A stretch of 64,000 nucleotides of DNA from an uncultured Porphyrobacter sp. (GCA_964443505.1 CAYUCZ010000004.1:15802-79801); one strand, 5' to 3'. Numbered from the stretch's first letter, positions 36,337-45,569 are shown. Notes: generated by a model from the sequence alone, not told the origin. Translations and numbers: made by a program.

Positions 36337-38772
36337 ATGCAAGGTATCGTTCACTGGGTTTTTGCCGCACTGCTTGTGCTGATCGGGCTCTTGCTCGCGG
36401 TGCCTGGCGGGTTCCTTATCTATCTTGGCGGCAGCTTCTACTACCTCGTTGCCGGGTTGATGACTTTGGCGAGCGCGTGGTTCGTGATCCGGCGTTCCCC
36501 CAAAGCGCTTATGATATTCGCTGCCATTCTGGCCGGGACCGTGCTTTGGTCGCTTTACGAGGCCGGATTGGACCTGTTCGCACTGCTGCCGCGTCTGGCT
36601 GCATGGATGGTGGTGGGATTGTACTTCCTGACCCCGTGGTATCGCGCCTCGCTTGGGCCTGAAGACGCACAATCGGCTGCTCCCAGTCCTTGGTTGATCG
36701 GCGGGCCAGTGCTTGCAGGACTTGCTCTGATCGCTCTTGCTGCGATGGGCGGATACGAACAGAACGGAACCGGGACTGTCCGGGAGCTTGCCGCCACCGA
36801 TCCATCAGGCGACTGGCCTCATTATGGCAACAATGCCGGCGGATCGCGCTTTGCCGCGCTGGAACAGATCAACGCCGACAATGTCAGCGATCTGCAAGAG
36901 GTGTGGCGCTATCGAACGGGCGTTGAAGAAGACTTCAAAGCCACGCCCTTGGCTATCGACGGCAAGCTTTATCTGTGTGCCGCTGCCAATGTCGTGATCG
37001 CGCTGGATGGCACAAATGGCGAGGAATTGTGGCGGTTTGATCCGGGCCTCGAACCGCTTGCTGACCACCAATATGCGATCACATGCCGCGGCGTCGCCTA
37101 TCATGCGGCTGATGAAAGTTATGAGGGGCCCTGCCCTGCCCGAATTCTCACCGCGACCATAAACGCAACGCTGATCGCGCTTGACGCAAAGACGGGCGAG
37201 CTGTGCGAAGGCTTTGGCGAAAGCGGCGTGGTCGACCTACGCGTCGGCATGGGAGAGCATCTGGCGTCAGACTATTACCACACCTCTCCGCCGACAGTCG
37301 CGGGTGACAATCTGATCGTCGGCGGATTGGTCACAGACCGCCAGGACCTTGGCCTCCCCTCAGGGGTCATCCGCGCCTTTAACGCGACGAGCGGCGAGCT
37401 CGCCTGGGCCTGGGACCTTGGCAATCCGGACAATCGCGGCCTGCCAGCAGAGGGTGAGCGCTACACTCCGGGCACGCCCAATGTCTGGTCGATTATGAGC
37501 TATGACGCCGAGCTCGACCTTGTTTACGCGCCCACCGGCAATGCCAATCCCGACTATTTTGGCGGCGTTCGGCGCGAATTCGATGACCGTTATTCCTCTG
37601 CCGTGGTCGCCATCGATGCGGCCACCGGAGAGGAGCGCTGGACGTTCCAGACCGTGCGCCATGATATCTGGGATTATGACGTGCCTGCCCAGCCGGTTCT
37701 GGTCGATGTAGAACGCGATGGCGAGCGCGTCCCCTCAATCGTTATCCCAACCAAGATGGGGGAGCTGTTCCTGCTTGACCGGCGCGATGGCAGCCCGGTT
37801 TTCCCGATTGCAGATCGCCCCGTACCCCAAGACCCGGAACTGGGTGAATATCTTGCCGAGACGCAGCCGTTCTCGCCTCTCCCCAATTTCCACCCTTATC
37901 GCCACGAAGCGGATATGTGGGGGCTCACCCCGATCGATCAGATGGTGTGCCGGATCGAATATCGCCTGATGCGTTATGAGGGAATGTACACCCCGCCAAC
38001 GCGCAGCGGGACTCTGATCGCTCCGGGCAATTTTGGTGGTTTCAACTGGGGCAGTGTCTCGGTCGATGCTGACAATGGCCTGCTGATCGCAGCGCCGATG
38101 CTGCTCGCGCATCGCCTTTTGCTGGTCACACCTGAACAGGTTGCCGATGCCGGGCCGCAGGCTGCGCTTCTGCTTGGAGGGCAACATCCCGCAGTGCGCA
38201 TGACCGAGGATGCTGAGGCGCCCGCGGTCGATCCGTCCGATCCCTTCAATTACGAACAGATCGCCTATTACGGCCTGCCTATGCCGTTTATGTCAGTGCT
38301 TGGAACCGGTGTGCCGTGCTTTGAACCGCCGTGGTCACAGATCGCCGCGATTGACCTCAACACCAAGGAATTGCTGTGGAGCCGCCCGGCGGGTGACATG
38401 CGCAATTCCGGCCCGTTCGGCATTCGCAGCGGGCTGCCCATAGAGGTAGGGACCGCGATCCGTGCCGGAACAATCACCACCCGCGGCGGATTGACCTTCC
38501 TCAGCTCGACCATGGATAGCAGTGTGCGGGCCTATGATGTGCGAACTGGCGAGGAGAAATGGGCTGCTGGTCTTCCCGGCAATGGCCAGTCCACCCCCAT
38601 GACCTTTACCGATGCATCGGGCCGCCAAATGCTGATCGTGACTGTGCCCAATCCAAGCTGGATATATCCGCGCGACGCGACGACCGGCAAATATCTCGAT
38701 TCCGCGACACCGCGTGATGGCAAGGGCGGCTATGTGATCGCCTATGCCCTGCCACAAGGAGCGATGCAGTGA
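36337..38772 (+). CDS. membrane-bound PQQ-dependent dehydrogenase, glucose/quinate/shikimate family
   Basis: About 4-5 N-terminal TM helices, then a PQQ propeller (NAGGSRFAALEQI, ALDGTNGEELWRF, AIDAATGEERWTFQTVRHDIWDYD). 811 aa. Confidence 0.9.
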   Translation: MQGIVHWVFAALLVLIGLLLAVPGGFLIYLGGSFYYLVAGLMTLASAWFVIRRSPKALMIFAAILAGTVLWSLYEAGLDLFALLPRLAAWMVVGLYFLTPWYRASLGPEDAQSAAPSPWLIGGPVLAGLALIALAAMGGYEQNGTGTVRELAATDPSGDWPHYGNNAGGSRFAALEQINADNVSDLQEVWRYRTGVEEDFKATPLAIDGKLYLCAAANVVIALDGTNGEELWRFDPGLEPLADHQYAITCRGVAYHAADESYEGPCPARILTATINATLIALDAKTGELCEGFGESGVVDLRVGMGEHLASDYYHTSPPTVAGDNLIVGGLVTDRQDLGLPSGVIRAFNATSGELAWAWDLGNPDNRGLPAEGERYTPGTPNVWSIMSYDAELDLVYAPTGNANPDYFGGVRREFDDRYSSAVVAIDAATGEERWTFQTVRHDIWDYDVPAQPVLVDVERDGERVPSIVIPTKMGELFLLDRRDGSPVFPIADRPVPQDPELGEYLAETQPFSPLPNFHPYRHEADMWGLTPIDQMVCRIEYRLMRYEGMYTPPTRSGTLIAPGNFGGFNWGSVSVDADNGLLIAAPMLLAHRLLLVTPEQVADAGPQAALLLGGQHPAVRMTEDAEAPAVDPSDPFNYEQIAYYGLPMPFMSVLGTGVPCFEPPWSQIAAIDLNTKELLWSRPAGDMRNSGPFGIRSGLPIEVGTAIRAGTITTRGGLTFLSSTMDSSVRAYDVRTGEEKWAAGLPGNGQSTPMTFTDASGRQMLIVTVPNPSWIYPRDATTGKYLDSATPRDGKGGYVIAYALPQGAMQ

Positions 38773-39800
38773 TCAAACGGATCGCCCAGCTTGCAATCGT
38801 GCTTGTCGTGGCGCTGGGATTGGGTGCGGCTGCGCTGTACGTCTGGAGCTGGAGCACGCCATCAGGCTGTGTCGCCGGCGAAGATCCGGCAGTGGCGCTC
38901 GCCAACAAACGCGCTGGAGGCGATATCTATTCCGACTGGTGCCACGAGCATGAGGGCAACCGCCTGCATGTGGTTGAGGCGGGAGAAGGCGATGTTGTGC
39001 TCTTCATCCATGGCTTCCCGACGATCTGGTATTCGATGATCCGCCCGATGGAGCATATGCGCTCTCAATACCGGGTGGTTGCAATCGACGGACTTGGCGC
39101 GGGAGGGTCCGATGCGCCTGATGCTGTGAGCAAATACAAGCTCGCAGCTATGGCTGATCATCTCGATGCTCTGATTGATGAGCTGGGTGCCGGACGCGTG
39201 CACCTGGTTGGCAGTGATTGGGGCGCCGCATTTGCCGGAGCCTATGCGCAAAGCCGCCCAGACCGGCTCAAAAGTGTGACAATCATGAGCGCACCGCCCC
39301 AGAACATCGCTGTGCGAATGCTGGAGGTGTCGGAACGCCAGCGGCAGATCTCCCAATATGTCGAACGGCTCAAATCGTCATCTGTCGCGCTCGCATGGCT
39401 ATCGGGCGCAGGCAACCGCATCTCGTCTGGTCCTCAAAACCACTTCAATGCAGGCCGTATGAGCCTGGAAGAAGCCCAAGTGCTAAAGGCGCGAACTTCC
39501 GACCTTCGCCGGATTGACCGGCACATCAACTGGTATCGAGCCAATCTTCCTGCACCCGATGCGATCACCGAAGATGATTTCTGGCCCTCGCGCAGCGCAA
39601 GGCTGGAAATCCCGGCAATGCTGATCTGGGGTGAAGATGACACAGTCTTCGACCCTGCCTTTATCGAATTGGTGGAGCAAACCAGTTCGGACCTAGAGGT
39701 TATAAGGTTAGAAGGCGTCGGTCACGCGCCGCAGTTTGAAGCAAGCGGCGCCGTCAACGCGGCGCTCAAAGCGCATATCGAAAAGCATCAGGGCAACTAA
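38769..39800 (+). CDS. alpha/beta hydrolase (epoxide-hydrolase-like), N-terminal membrane anchor
   Basis: GTG overlaps the upstream stop (GTGA). TM anchor IAQLAIVLVVALGLGAAALYVW. HGFPTIWYSM and nucleophile elbow GSDWGA. Confidence 0.85.
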   Translation: MIKRIAQLAIVLVVALGLGAAALYVWSWSTPSGCVAGEDPAVALANKRAGGDIYSDWCHEHEGNRLHVVEAGEGDVVLFIHGFPTIWYSMIRPMEHMRSQYRVVAIDGLGAGGSDAPDAVSKYKLAAMADHLDALIDELGAGRVHLVGSDWGAAFAGAYAQSRPDRLKSVTIMSAPPQNIAVRMLEVSERQRQISQYVERLKSSSVALAWLSGAGNRISSGPQNHFNAGRMSLEEAQVLKARTSDLRRIDRHINWYRANLPAPDAITEDDFWPSRSARLEIPAMLIWGEDDTVFDPAFIELVEQTSSDLEVIRLEGVGHAPQFEASGAVNAALKAHIEKHQGN

Positions 39801-39860
39801 CCCGAACCCGCACACCTGTGCGAGCAAGTGCCTACAGCTTAAAGGCCAGTGCTCAAAGAG

Positions 39861-39898
39861 GGTGGCGGTGGAGGCAGTCCGGCGCGAACCGGTCTCCG
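39861..39898 (+). repeat. 38-nt direct repeat X, copy A
   Basis: GGTGGCGGTGGAGGCAGTCCGGCGCGAACCGGTCTCCG. 35/38 identical to 52194..52231. Confidence 0.85.
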
Positions 39899-39939
39899 GC
39901 TTACGTCTGCTTCAGTCAACCAATGAAATGCCAGGATGT

Positions 39940-39985
39940 GGCAGCTTCTGGGGGTGAAAGCGGACAGGTCTTTCCTCTTGCTAAG
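39940..39985 (+). mobile_element. inverted repeat Y, left copy, extending into a Tn3-family-like terminal repeat (GGGGG...GCTAAG)
   Basis: GGCAGCTTCTGGGGGTGAAAGCGGAC matches the reverse complement of 51855..51880 at 21/26 positions. 39950-39985 reads GGGGGTGAAAGCGGACAGGTCTTTCCTCTTGCTAAG. Confidence 0.35.
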
Positions 39986-39991
39986 CCAAGG

Positions 39992-41215
39992 CTAAGTCGG
40001 ATGAATGCTTCGAAGAAAGTCTGGCACATCCAGCTCCCGCATCATGGCCTCGCCGCGCGTTAGCCAGACTTCTTTCCAGTCGAGCCCGTGCTCGCGGCAT
40101 TCCTGGTCGAGCAGCTTTTCGTCTGTCTGCGCAATGGCGATAAAGTTGATCAATTGAGTGAACAAGACACCCAATTTGTGGTCGATCAGGAAGGCCCCCA
40201 GATCGTAATCCGTGACACCGAGCCGTTCGAGCTGGGAGAGGTAATCGCTGAATATTTGTGCCTGGTTCTTGCGACGGGCGCTAGTTGTCATGCCAAGATT
40301 GACCAGGCGGGAGACATCGAATGCCCCGGGTCCGGCAACCGAGAACTGGAAGTCGATTATCGCGAACTTGCCTTCGTCATATTCGTTGGGGAAGAACATT
40401 TGCTTGGCGTGATAGTCGCTGTGCATCAGCGTGAACGGCCTGGCCATGATGAAGGTCATAATGTCCTCGCAGTGCTCTGCGAAGATCCGCATCGCATTGA
40501 CGCTCGCGGGGCAAGCGTCCCCAACCAGTTGCTCAACACGGGTGATCGCGGCCTCGCCCCCATCCGCTGCGCTACGCCAGTAATTCCGGTCATCGAGCTG
40601 CACCAGCGCGGTCTGCCGTTTGACGAAGTCGGCATTCCACCAGCGTGCGTGGAGCTTGGCGACCTCGTGAACGGCGAGGCGAACCTGATCGAGCGAAATC
40701 GAATAGGATGGTGAATAGGATGGCTCCAGATGCTCCATTAGGATCACCGCGTCATAGCTTTCCGGATCGAACTGGCTGTGGAAACACCGAGCGAATGGCA
40801 GATCCTCTGCACGAAAGTTTTCGTAAAACGCGGTTTCGCGTTCGTAGTGGCGGAATGTCCGGCACATCTCGCGGGTATCGGGATCGCTGGCTGCCAGCTT
40901 TGCGATCATCCGCGTGGGCAAGGTGCAACACGAACTGTCGTAGACGAGCGATATGTCGACGATATCGGCGGTTTGGCCTGGTTCGCTAAAAGGTTTGACT
41001 TGACTGCCAAGAACCTGACAGCCGGCAAGATGTGGCTTGAGCACAGCATTGAGCCAATGCGTTGTAATGTCCTCAACCGAGCGGGGGATTCTGGATACTT
41101 CCGCGCGGAGCGGCTTAGTCGCGACAGTCGGCCCGTCTCCGAAAAGGACGCCGTGGTCGACTGCCGTTGCTGACTGGCTCGATCCCGCTACAGGAACGCT
41201 GTTATCCATGATCAT
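39992..41215 (-). CDS. APH/EcKL (CHK)-like phosphotransferase family protein
   Basis: Kinase-like catalytic region LMHSDYHAKQMFF ... FAIIDFQFSVAGPGAFDVSRL (H-x-D and D-F-Q motifs). GGGAGAGGGA precedes the ATG. 407 aa. Confidence 0.7.
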   Translation of the reverse strand: MIMDNSVPVAGSSQSATAVDHGVLFGDGPTVATKPLRAEVSRIPRSVEDITTHWLNAVLKPHLAGCQVLGSQVKPFSEPGQTADIVDISLVYDSSCCTLPTRMIAKLAASDPDTREMCRTFRHYERETAFYENFRAEDLPFARCFHSQFDPESYDAVILMEHLEPSYSPSYSISLDQVRLAVHEVAKLHARWWNADFVKRQTALVQLDDRNYWRSAADGGEAAITRVEQLVGDACPASVNAMRIFAEHCEDIMTFIMARPFTLMHSDYHAKQMFFPNEYDEGKFAIIDFQFSVAGPGAFDVSRLVNLGMTTSARRKNQAQIFSDYLSQLERLGVTDYDLGAFLIDHKLGVLFTQLINFIAIAQTDEKLLDQECREHGLDWKEVWLTRGEAMMRELDVPDFLRSIHPT

Positions 41216-41267
41216 TCTCCCTCTCCCACTGTCCGTGATTGGCGGTCAGGAGACGTTGCACCGGACG

Positions 41268-41318
41268 CCTAAGAATGTCCTGTGGCGCAGCTGAGGAAAT
41301 TCTTAGGTCGTTCTTAGG
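41268..41318. promoter_or_regulatory. three copies of the octamer TTCTTAGG (one inverted, two direct at 11-bp spacing)
   Basis: CCTAAGAAT at 41268-41276, then TTCTTAGG at 41300-41307 and 41311-41318. Lies in the divergent region between the kinase-like gene and the CadC-like regulator. Confidence 0.5.
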
Positions 41319-41394
41319 CTCTGACTTCGCCACAATTTTGCGCTACTGCTTCGCGTGAACCCTGGCCAAAGTTGCCGACTGGACAAGCCTGCTG

Positions 41395-43377
41395 ATGACC
41401 GTGCGCAGAATTGGAAATGCGACCGTAGACTTCGCACAGCTCACCATCGAAGGTGACGCTGGCAAGTTTTCGGTCGAGCCCAAGGTGCTCGAGGTGCTCG
41501 AACTGCTGATCGCGCATGATCGTGAGCTGGTCGAGCGGGAGGCCTTGATCGACGAGGTCTGGGGCGTTTCCTATGGCGGGGACGAGCGACTTTCGCGTGC
41601 GATCTCGCTTCTGCGCAAAGCGCTAGGCGATGATGCACGCAATCACCGCTATATCCAGACAATTCCCAAACGTGGCTATCGCCTGGTTGCTTGCATAGAG
41701 GACGCCGCCAGCGACCGTGCGATTGCAGAGCCGGTCAAGGCGGTGACGCAAGGGACAACGCCCCGTCCAATTGTGTATATGACAGGGCTTGGGCTCGCGG
41801 TCGTGCTAGTCATTGCAACCATCGTAAGCTGGAGCAGCCTTGCTCCCGGCGGGGCGAACTATGCCGTGCAGTCCTCAGCCGGAGCAGTTCAGCCTGATCA
41901 ATACAATTCGATTGCGGTCCTGCCGTTCAGTGACCTAAGCCCCGGCGGCAATCAGGGTTACCTCGCCGATGGCCTTGCAGAGGAACTGATCAACGCGATT
42001 ACCAAATTTCCAGACGTTCGGGTGATTGGCCAAACCTCATCATTTCGCTTTCGCGAGGATGCTTCCGACCTCGACCAGGTGGGTGAAGCCCTGAACGTTC
42101 GCTTTGTCGTGACCGGTTCCGTGCGCAAGCAGCAGAACCAGCTGAGGGTCACCGCTCAGCTCGTTCAGATCGAAGACGGGCATGTCATGTGGTCCGAAAC
42201 CTATGACGGAAACAGCGATCGCCTGCTCGGATTTCAGGAGAGCATAGCGAGGGCAATCGCCCGCGAACTGAACGTCGCCATTGCCTCTAGAGGGCAGCTC
42301 CTTCGGGGACTGACAAAAAGCCAAGAAGCGTACGACCTCTTCGTTCAGGGACGCTACCTTTCGCGGCAGTTCGGGCGCGACAACAAGAAGGCCAGCCTGA
42401 GGTTGCTGCGGCAGGCGACCGAGATCGACCCCGAATTCGCGCTCGCATGGGCGTGGATCGGGCGTAGCGGTATGCTCCAGGCCGTCTCATCCGATCGCGC
42501 AGAGAGGGACCAGCTAATAGTGGAGGCCCGGTCGGCCGTGAACCGAGCGCTATCCATCGATCCAGAACTTGCAATCGCGCATTACGTGCAGGCTCTGCTG
42601 CATGATTACGATCTCGATCTCGCGGCATCGCAAGATGCAATGGAGCGCGCCTATCAGGCCGATCCGAATCAGCCGCTCGTGATCAGTCGCCGCGGACACC
42701 ACTACGCCAATATCGGGCTTATCAAGAAAGCTGACGAGTTCCTGACCGAGGGGGTTCGGCGTGATCCAACGGATTCGGTCGCTTTGCTCAATCTCGCGAG
42801 GGTCAAGGCAGCTCGCGGCGATTATTCCAAGGTACTCGAGCTGCTCGATCGCAGTATCGATCTCGAATTCACGCCCGCAACCGGATGGAAATGCATCCTG
42901 CTGCGCTATACCGAAGGTGAGGGCGCAGCGACAGATTGCTGGATGGAATTGCCTTTGGCTTTTCGGCAGCGCTATGAACCGCCGTTCTCAGTGGACCAAC
43001 AATGGGAATTGATCGGGGATGCCCTGGTCAGGGGCGACGAGCAGGCGCGAACCGCGGCTTTGGACGTGTTGGACCGTTTCTTGGCGCAAGAGAACCCGAC
43101 AATTAATGGGTACACCATGGGCATGCTGATCGGTCTGCGCAGACCCGAATTATACATGGAACGCTTCGTTTCTGACCCATATCCTCTGAATGCGAACGGA
43201 CTGGCCTCGATCTGGTTGCCGGGTGAGCCCTACGCTGCGTTAAGGCGGCACCCTGAATTCCCGGCCTTTGCGGAACGGATAGGAATGGTCCGTGCCTGGG
43301 AAAAATACGGCTGGCCGGACCAATGCACCCGGCGCGGAACTCGCGCCAACGGTAGGCCCTTGTTTGAATGCAAATAG
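41395..43377 (+). CDS. CadC/ToxR-like membrane-bound transcriptional regulator (OmpR-type wHTH + TM + periplasmic TPR)
   Basis: N-terminal winged-helix (EPKVLEVLELLIAHDRELVEREALIDEVWG...RLSRAISLLRKAL). One TM (IVYMTGLGLAVVLVIATIVSW). IAVLPFSDLS module and TPR-like C-terminal half. 660 aa. Confidence 0.8.
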   Translation: MTVRRIGNATVDFAQLTIEGDAGKFSVEPKVLEVLELLIAHDRELVEREALIDEVWGVSYGGDERLSRAISLLRKALGDDARNHRYIQTIPKRGYRLVACIEDAASDRAIAEPVKAVTQGTTPRPIVYMTGLGLAVVLVIATIVSWSSLAPGGANYAVQSSAGAVQPDQYNSIAVLPFSDLSPGGNQGYLADGLAEELINAITKFPDVRVIGQTSSFRFREDASDLDQVGEALNVRFVVTGSVRKQQNQLRVTAQLVQIEDGHVMWSETYDGNSDRLLGFQESIARAIARELNVAIASRGQLLRGLTKSQEAYDLFVQGRYLSRQFGRDNKKASLRLLRQATEIDPEFALAWAWIGRSGMLQAVSSDRAERDQLIVEARSAVNRALSIDPELAIAHYVQALLHDYDLDLAASQDAMERAYQADPNQPLVISRRGHHYANIGLIKKADEFLTEGVRRDPTDSVALLNLARVKAARGDYSKVLELLDRSIDLEFTPATGWKCILLRYTEGEGAATDCWMELPLAFRQRYEPPFSVDQQWELIGDALVRGDEQARTAALDVLDRFLAQENPTINGYTMGMLIGLRRPELYMERFVSDPYPLNANGLASIWLPGEPYAALRRHPEFPAFAERIGMVRAWEKYGWPDQCTRRGTRANGRPLFECK

Positions 43378-43436
43378 CCTGTTCGACCTTTGTCAGCCGA
43401 ACACAGTCTTAGGACAGTTGGACCTCGTTTCGGCAG

Positions 43437-43525
43437 CGTCCGCAAATGGGTCGTAAGCGGACTGTCGGCGTCTGAGCTACAGTTAACCAAGAGCGGTCAT
43501 TCCGTTTACGACCCATTTACGGACG
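43437..43525. repeat. 25-bp inverted repeat with 39-nt spacer (MITE-like or structured RNA hairpin)
   Basis: CGTCCGCAAATGGGTCGTAAGCGGA (43437-43461) pairs with TCCGTTTACGACCCATTTACGGACG (43501-43525): 23 Watson-Crick pairs, 1 G-U, 1 mismatch. Confidence 0.8.
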
Positions 43526-43672
43526 TTCTTTGTGGAGGCGATTTAGGGATTTCGACATCGGATGCATGCCCTGGACTGAAGTGGCGTTGCAGCTCAGGCT
43601 GTCTTTGCCCGCTGACAAAAGAGTGCCGAACATATCTGTTAGGCGCGTGCGCATGAAAGCCCGGGTGCTCGC

Positions 43673-44155
43673 TTAAGGCTCATCCTTGGTAAGAGCCTGA
43701 ACATGTCCTTCCCTCACAAGGTCGGCCTGTCCAAGTTTGCGCATCACTTCGAATAAGAAAGCGGTGTCCAGTCCGAAAAGGATAAAGCCGTCGGTTGCGA
43801 TAAATCCTGCGAGCAGGCGCCATTCATCGGGCAAAGTCACGTCGCCGTAGCCCAGTGTCGTTGCCGATATCATCGCAATGTAGAGCGCGGGCTCGAAACC
43901 TTGGAAAACGCCCAGCGCCTGAAACAACAAAGCCCACAAGGCCATGATGAAAAGCAGCACGATCGCAAGGGTGGTTGTGATCAAAGTAACGAGCGTTGTG
44001 TGCGATACGATCCCAAGCGGAGTGGTATCCTGAGGCAGAGCCGCATCAAGCAGTTTGGCGCACAGGATTATTGCAAATGCGCCAATCCCAATCGTCACCG
44101 TCAACATCGCCGTGCCAATCAAGAGCTGGGCGATCATTCTACGCTCATTTGTCAT
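43673..44155 (-). CDS. small potassium-channel-like protein (Ion_trans_2 type pore)
   Basis: Selectivity-filter sequence ISATTLGYGDV flanked by TM helices. Candidate starts are ATG 44155 (overlaps the OMF 3' end) and ATG 44137 (8 nt after the OMF stop). Confidence 0.7.
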   Translation of the reverse strand: MTNERRMIAQLLIGTAMLTVTIGIGAFAIILCAKLLDAALPQDTTPLGIVSHTTLVTLITTTLAIVLLFIMALWALLFQALGVFQGFEPALYIAMISATTLGYGDVTLPDEWRLLAGFIATDGFILFGLDTAFLFEVMRKLGQADLVREGHVQALTKDEP

Positions 44156-45569
44156 TCGGGGTCGAGCTCCACGACCCACCAAGTGCTAGATTGAGCGTTA
44201 CCCATTGATCAACGCGGGCTCTTTGGATCGAGACAAAGTCTTGCTCGGTCGCGAATTGGCGCTGTTGCAGGCTCAAGACATCGATCAGATCAGTCTCGCC
44301 CTCCTTGTAGCTCAGCTGTGCAAGCCCAACCGCCCCAGCCGCTTCATCACGCGCATCGCGCAAGGCCTCCTCGCGCAACCTTAAGACCATGACCTGATCG
44401 AGATTGTCCTCGACCTCGTTCAAGGCATTGAGCGCAGTCGACGCGTAATTGGCGACCGCCGCGCGCTTTGATGCGTCGGCCTCATCGACCTGCGCTGCGC
44501 GAACGCCACCATCAAAGATCGGTTGAAGCACGCTGCCGACCACTGACCAAAACAGATTGCGCCCGTCGAGCAGGCTGTCGAGCTCGTTCGAGGAGCCTCC
44601 CAGGCTACCTGACAAGTTCAAGATGGGAAGCCGCGCCGCCTTGGCTTGATCGAGCTCTGCAAAGGCCGCGGCGACTTCGCGTTCCGCTGCAATCACGTCC
44701 GGCCGGCGCTCCAGCAGGTCAGAGGGCAGACCTGCTGGAGGCACCGGGGGGGTCGCCGGGAGGGTGTTTGGTGCGGAGATGGAATTGCCGGGATAGCGGC
44801 CGATCAGGACCTCCAAGGCCCGGGCTGCTGTCCGCCTGGATCCACGCGCACGCTCAAGGCTCTCGCGCACACTGGCAAGGTCAGAAGCGGAGGTTCGAAC
44901 GTCTTGAGCACTGGCGAAACCTTCGCGCGCTCTTGCTCGCACGATGCGGTCAATCTCGGTGTAGGCATCAAAGGTGTCTTGCGCGACGCTAATTTGTTGC
45001 TCGGCCTCGATCATCGCAAAGTAGGATTGCGCAACCGCGGCAGCGAGCGAATATTGTGCAAACCGAAAATCCGCCTCAACCGCGGCCGCGCTTGCATAGG
45101 CGGCGTTTCGGCCAGCCCGTACGCGCCCCCAGAGGTCGGCTTCCCAGCTGGCTTGGAGCGAGAAATCGAAGTCGGGCTGCAGGAAAACCGCGCTTGTTTC
45201 ACCCGCCGCCGGATCATCGAACCGGTCGCTATCGCGCGCTGTTACACTCGCATCGACAGATGGTAACAAACCCGACCGCGCCTGCCTTGCAAGCGCGTAG
45301 GCGACCTCAACATTTGCAGCAGCGGCAAGAATGTCGCGATTGGCCAGTTGCGCCTCACGCACATAGGCGGAGAGGACCGGGTCGTTGAGCTTCTCGATCC
45401 AGCCGATCTCGACATCGCCGGGAAGCGCGCCATCAACTTGCCAAACAGGGGGTAGGTTTGGAACGCTTGCCTGAACCGCCTGCCGCACATCCGCGTCGTT
45501 GCTGCGCGCCGCACAACCTGCGAGCGAAAGCGCAATCGCGCCTAAAATGAGAGCCGACGTGCGAATCAT
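44145..45569 (-). CDS. RND efflux outer-membrane factor lipoprotein (NodT/OprM family)
   Basis: Lipobox LSLAGC. 474 aa with two coiled-coil repeats typical of OMFs. 4-nt overlap with the RND gene. Confidence 0.9.
   Translation of the reverse strand: MIRTSALILGAIALSLAGCAARSNDADVRQAVQASVPNLPPVWQVDGALPGDVEIGWIEKLNDPVLSAYVREAQLANRDILAAAANVEVAYALARQARSGLLPSVDASVTARDSDRFDDPAAGETSAVFLQPDFDFSLQASWEADLWGRVRAGRNAAYASAAAVEADFRFAQYSLAAAVAQSYFAMIEAEQQISVAQDTFDAYTEIDRIVRARAREGFASAQDVRTSASDLASVRESLERARGSRRTAARALEVLIGRYPGNSISAPNTLPATPPVPPAGLPSDLLERRPDVIAAEREVAAAFAELDQAKAARLPILNLSGSLGGSSNELDSLLDGRNLFWSVVGSVLQPIFDGGVRAAQVDEADASKRAAVANYASTALNALNEVEDNLDQVMVLRLREEALRDARDEAAGAVGLAQLSYKEGETDLIDVLSLQQRQFATEQDFVSIQRARVDQWVTLNLALGGSWSSTPNDK

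Noticed and set aside
39801-39991. Possible structured RNA gene (tmRNA, SRP/4.5S RNA, RNase P fragment, cobalamin riboswitch) containing repeat X and the GGGGGTGAAAGC element
   Set aside because: I tested these by eye. The T-arm pairs only 3-4 bp, and the three substitutions between the two X copies are not compensatory. There is no GGAA/AGCAGC SRP core, no B12 box (GCCACTG) and no tag reading frame ending in ...LAA. At locus A the acceptor-like strands lie on opposite DNA strands. At most these are decayed tRNA-like/att remnants. An Infernal scan would settle it.
43390-43656. 88-aa ORF filling the CadC / K+-channel intergenic gap
   Set aside because: No ribosome-binding site and Cys/Gly-rich odd composition. 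It spans the 25-bp inverted repeat, so the region is more likely non-coding.
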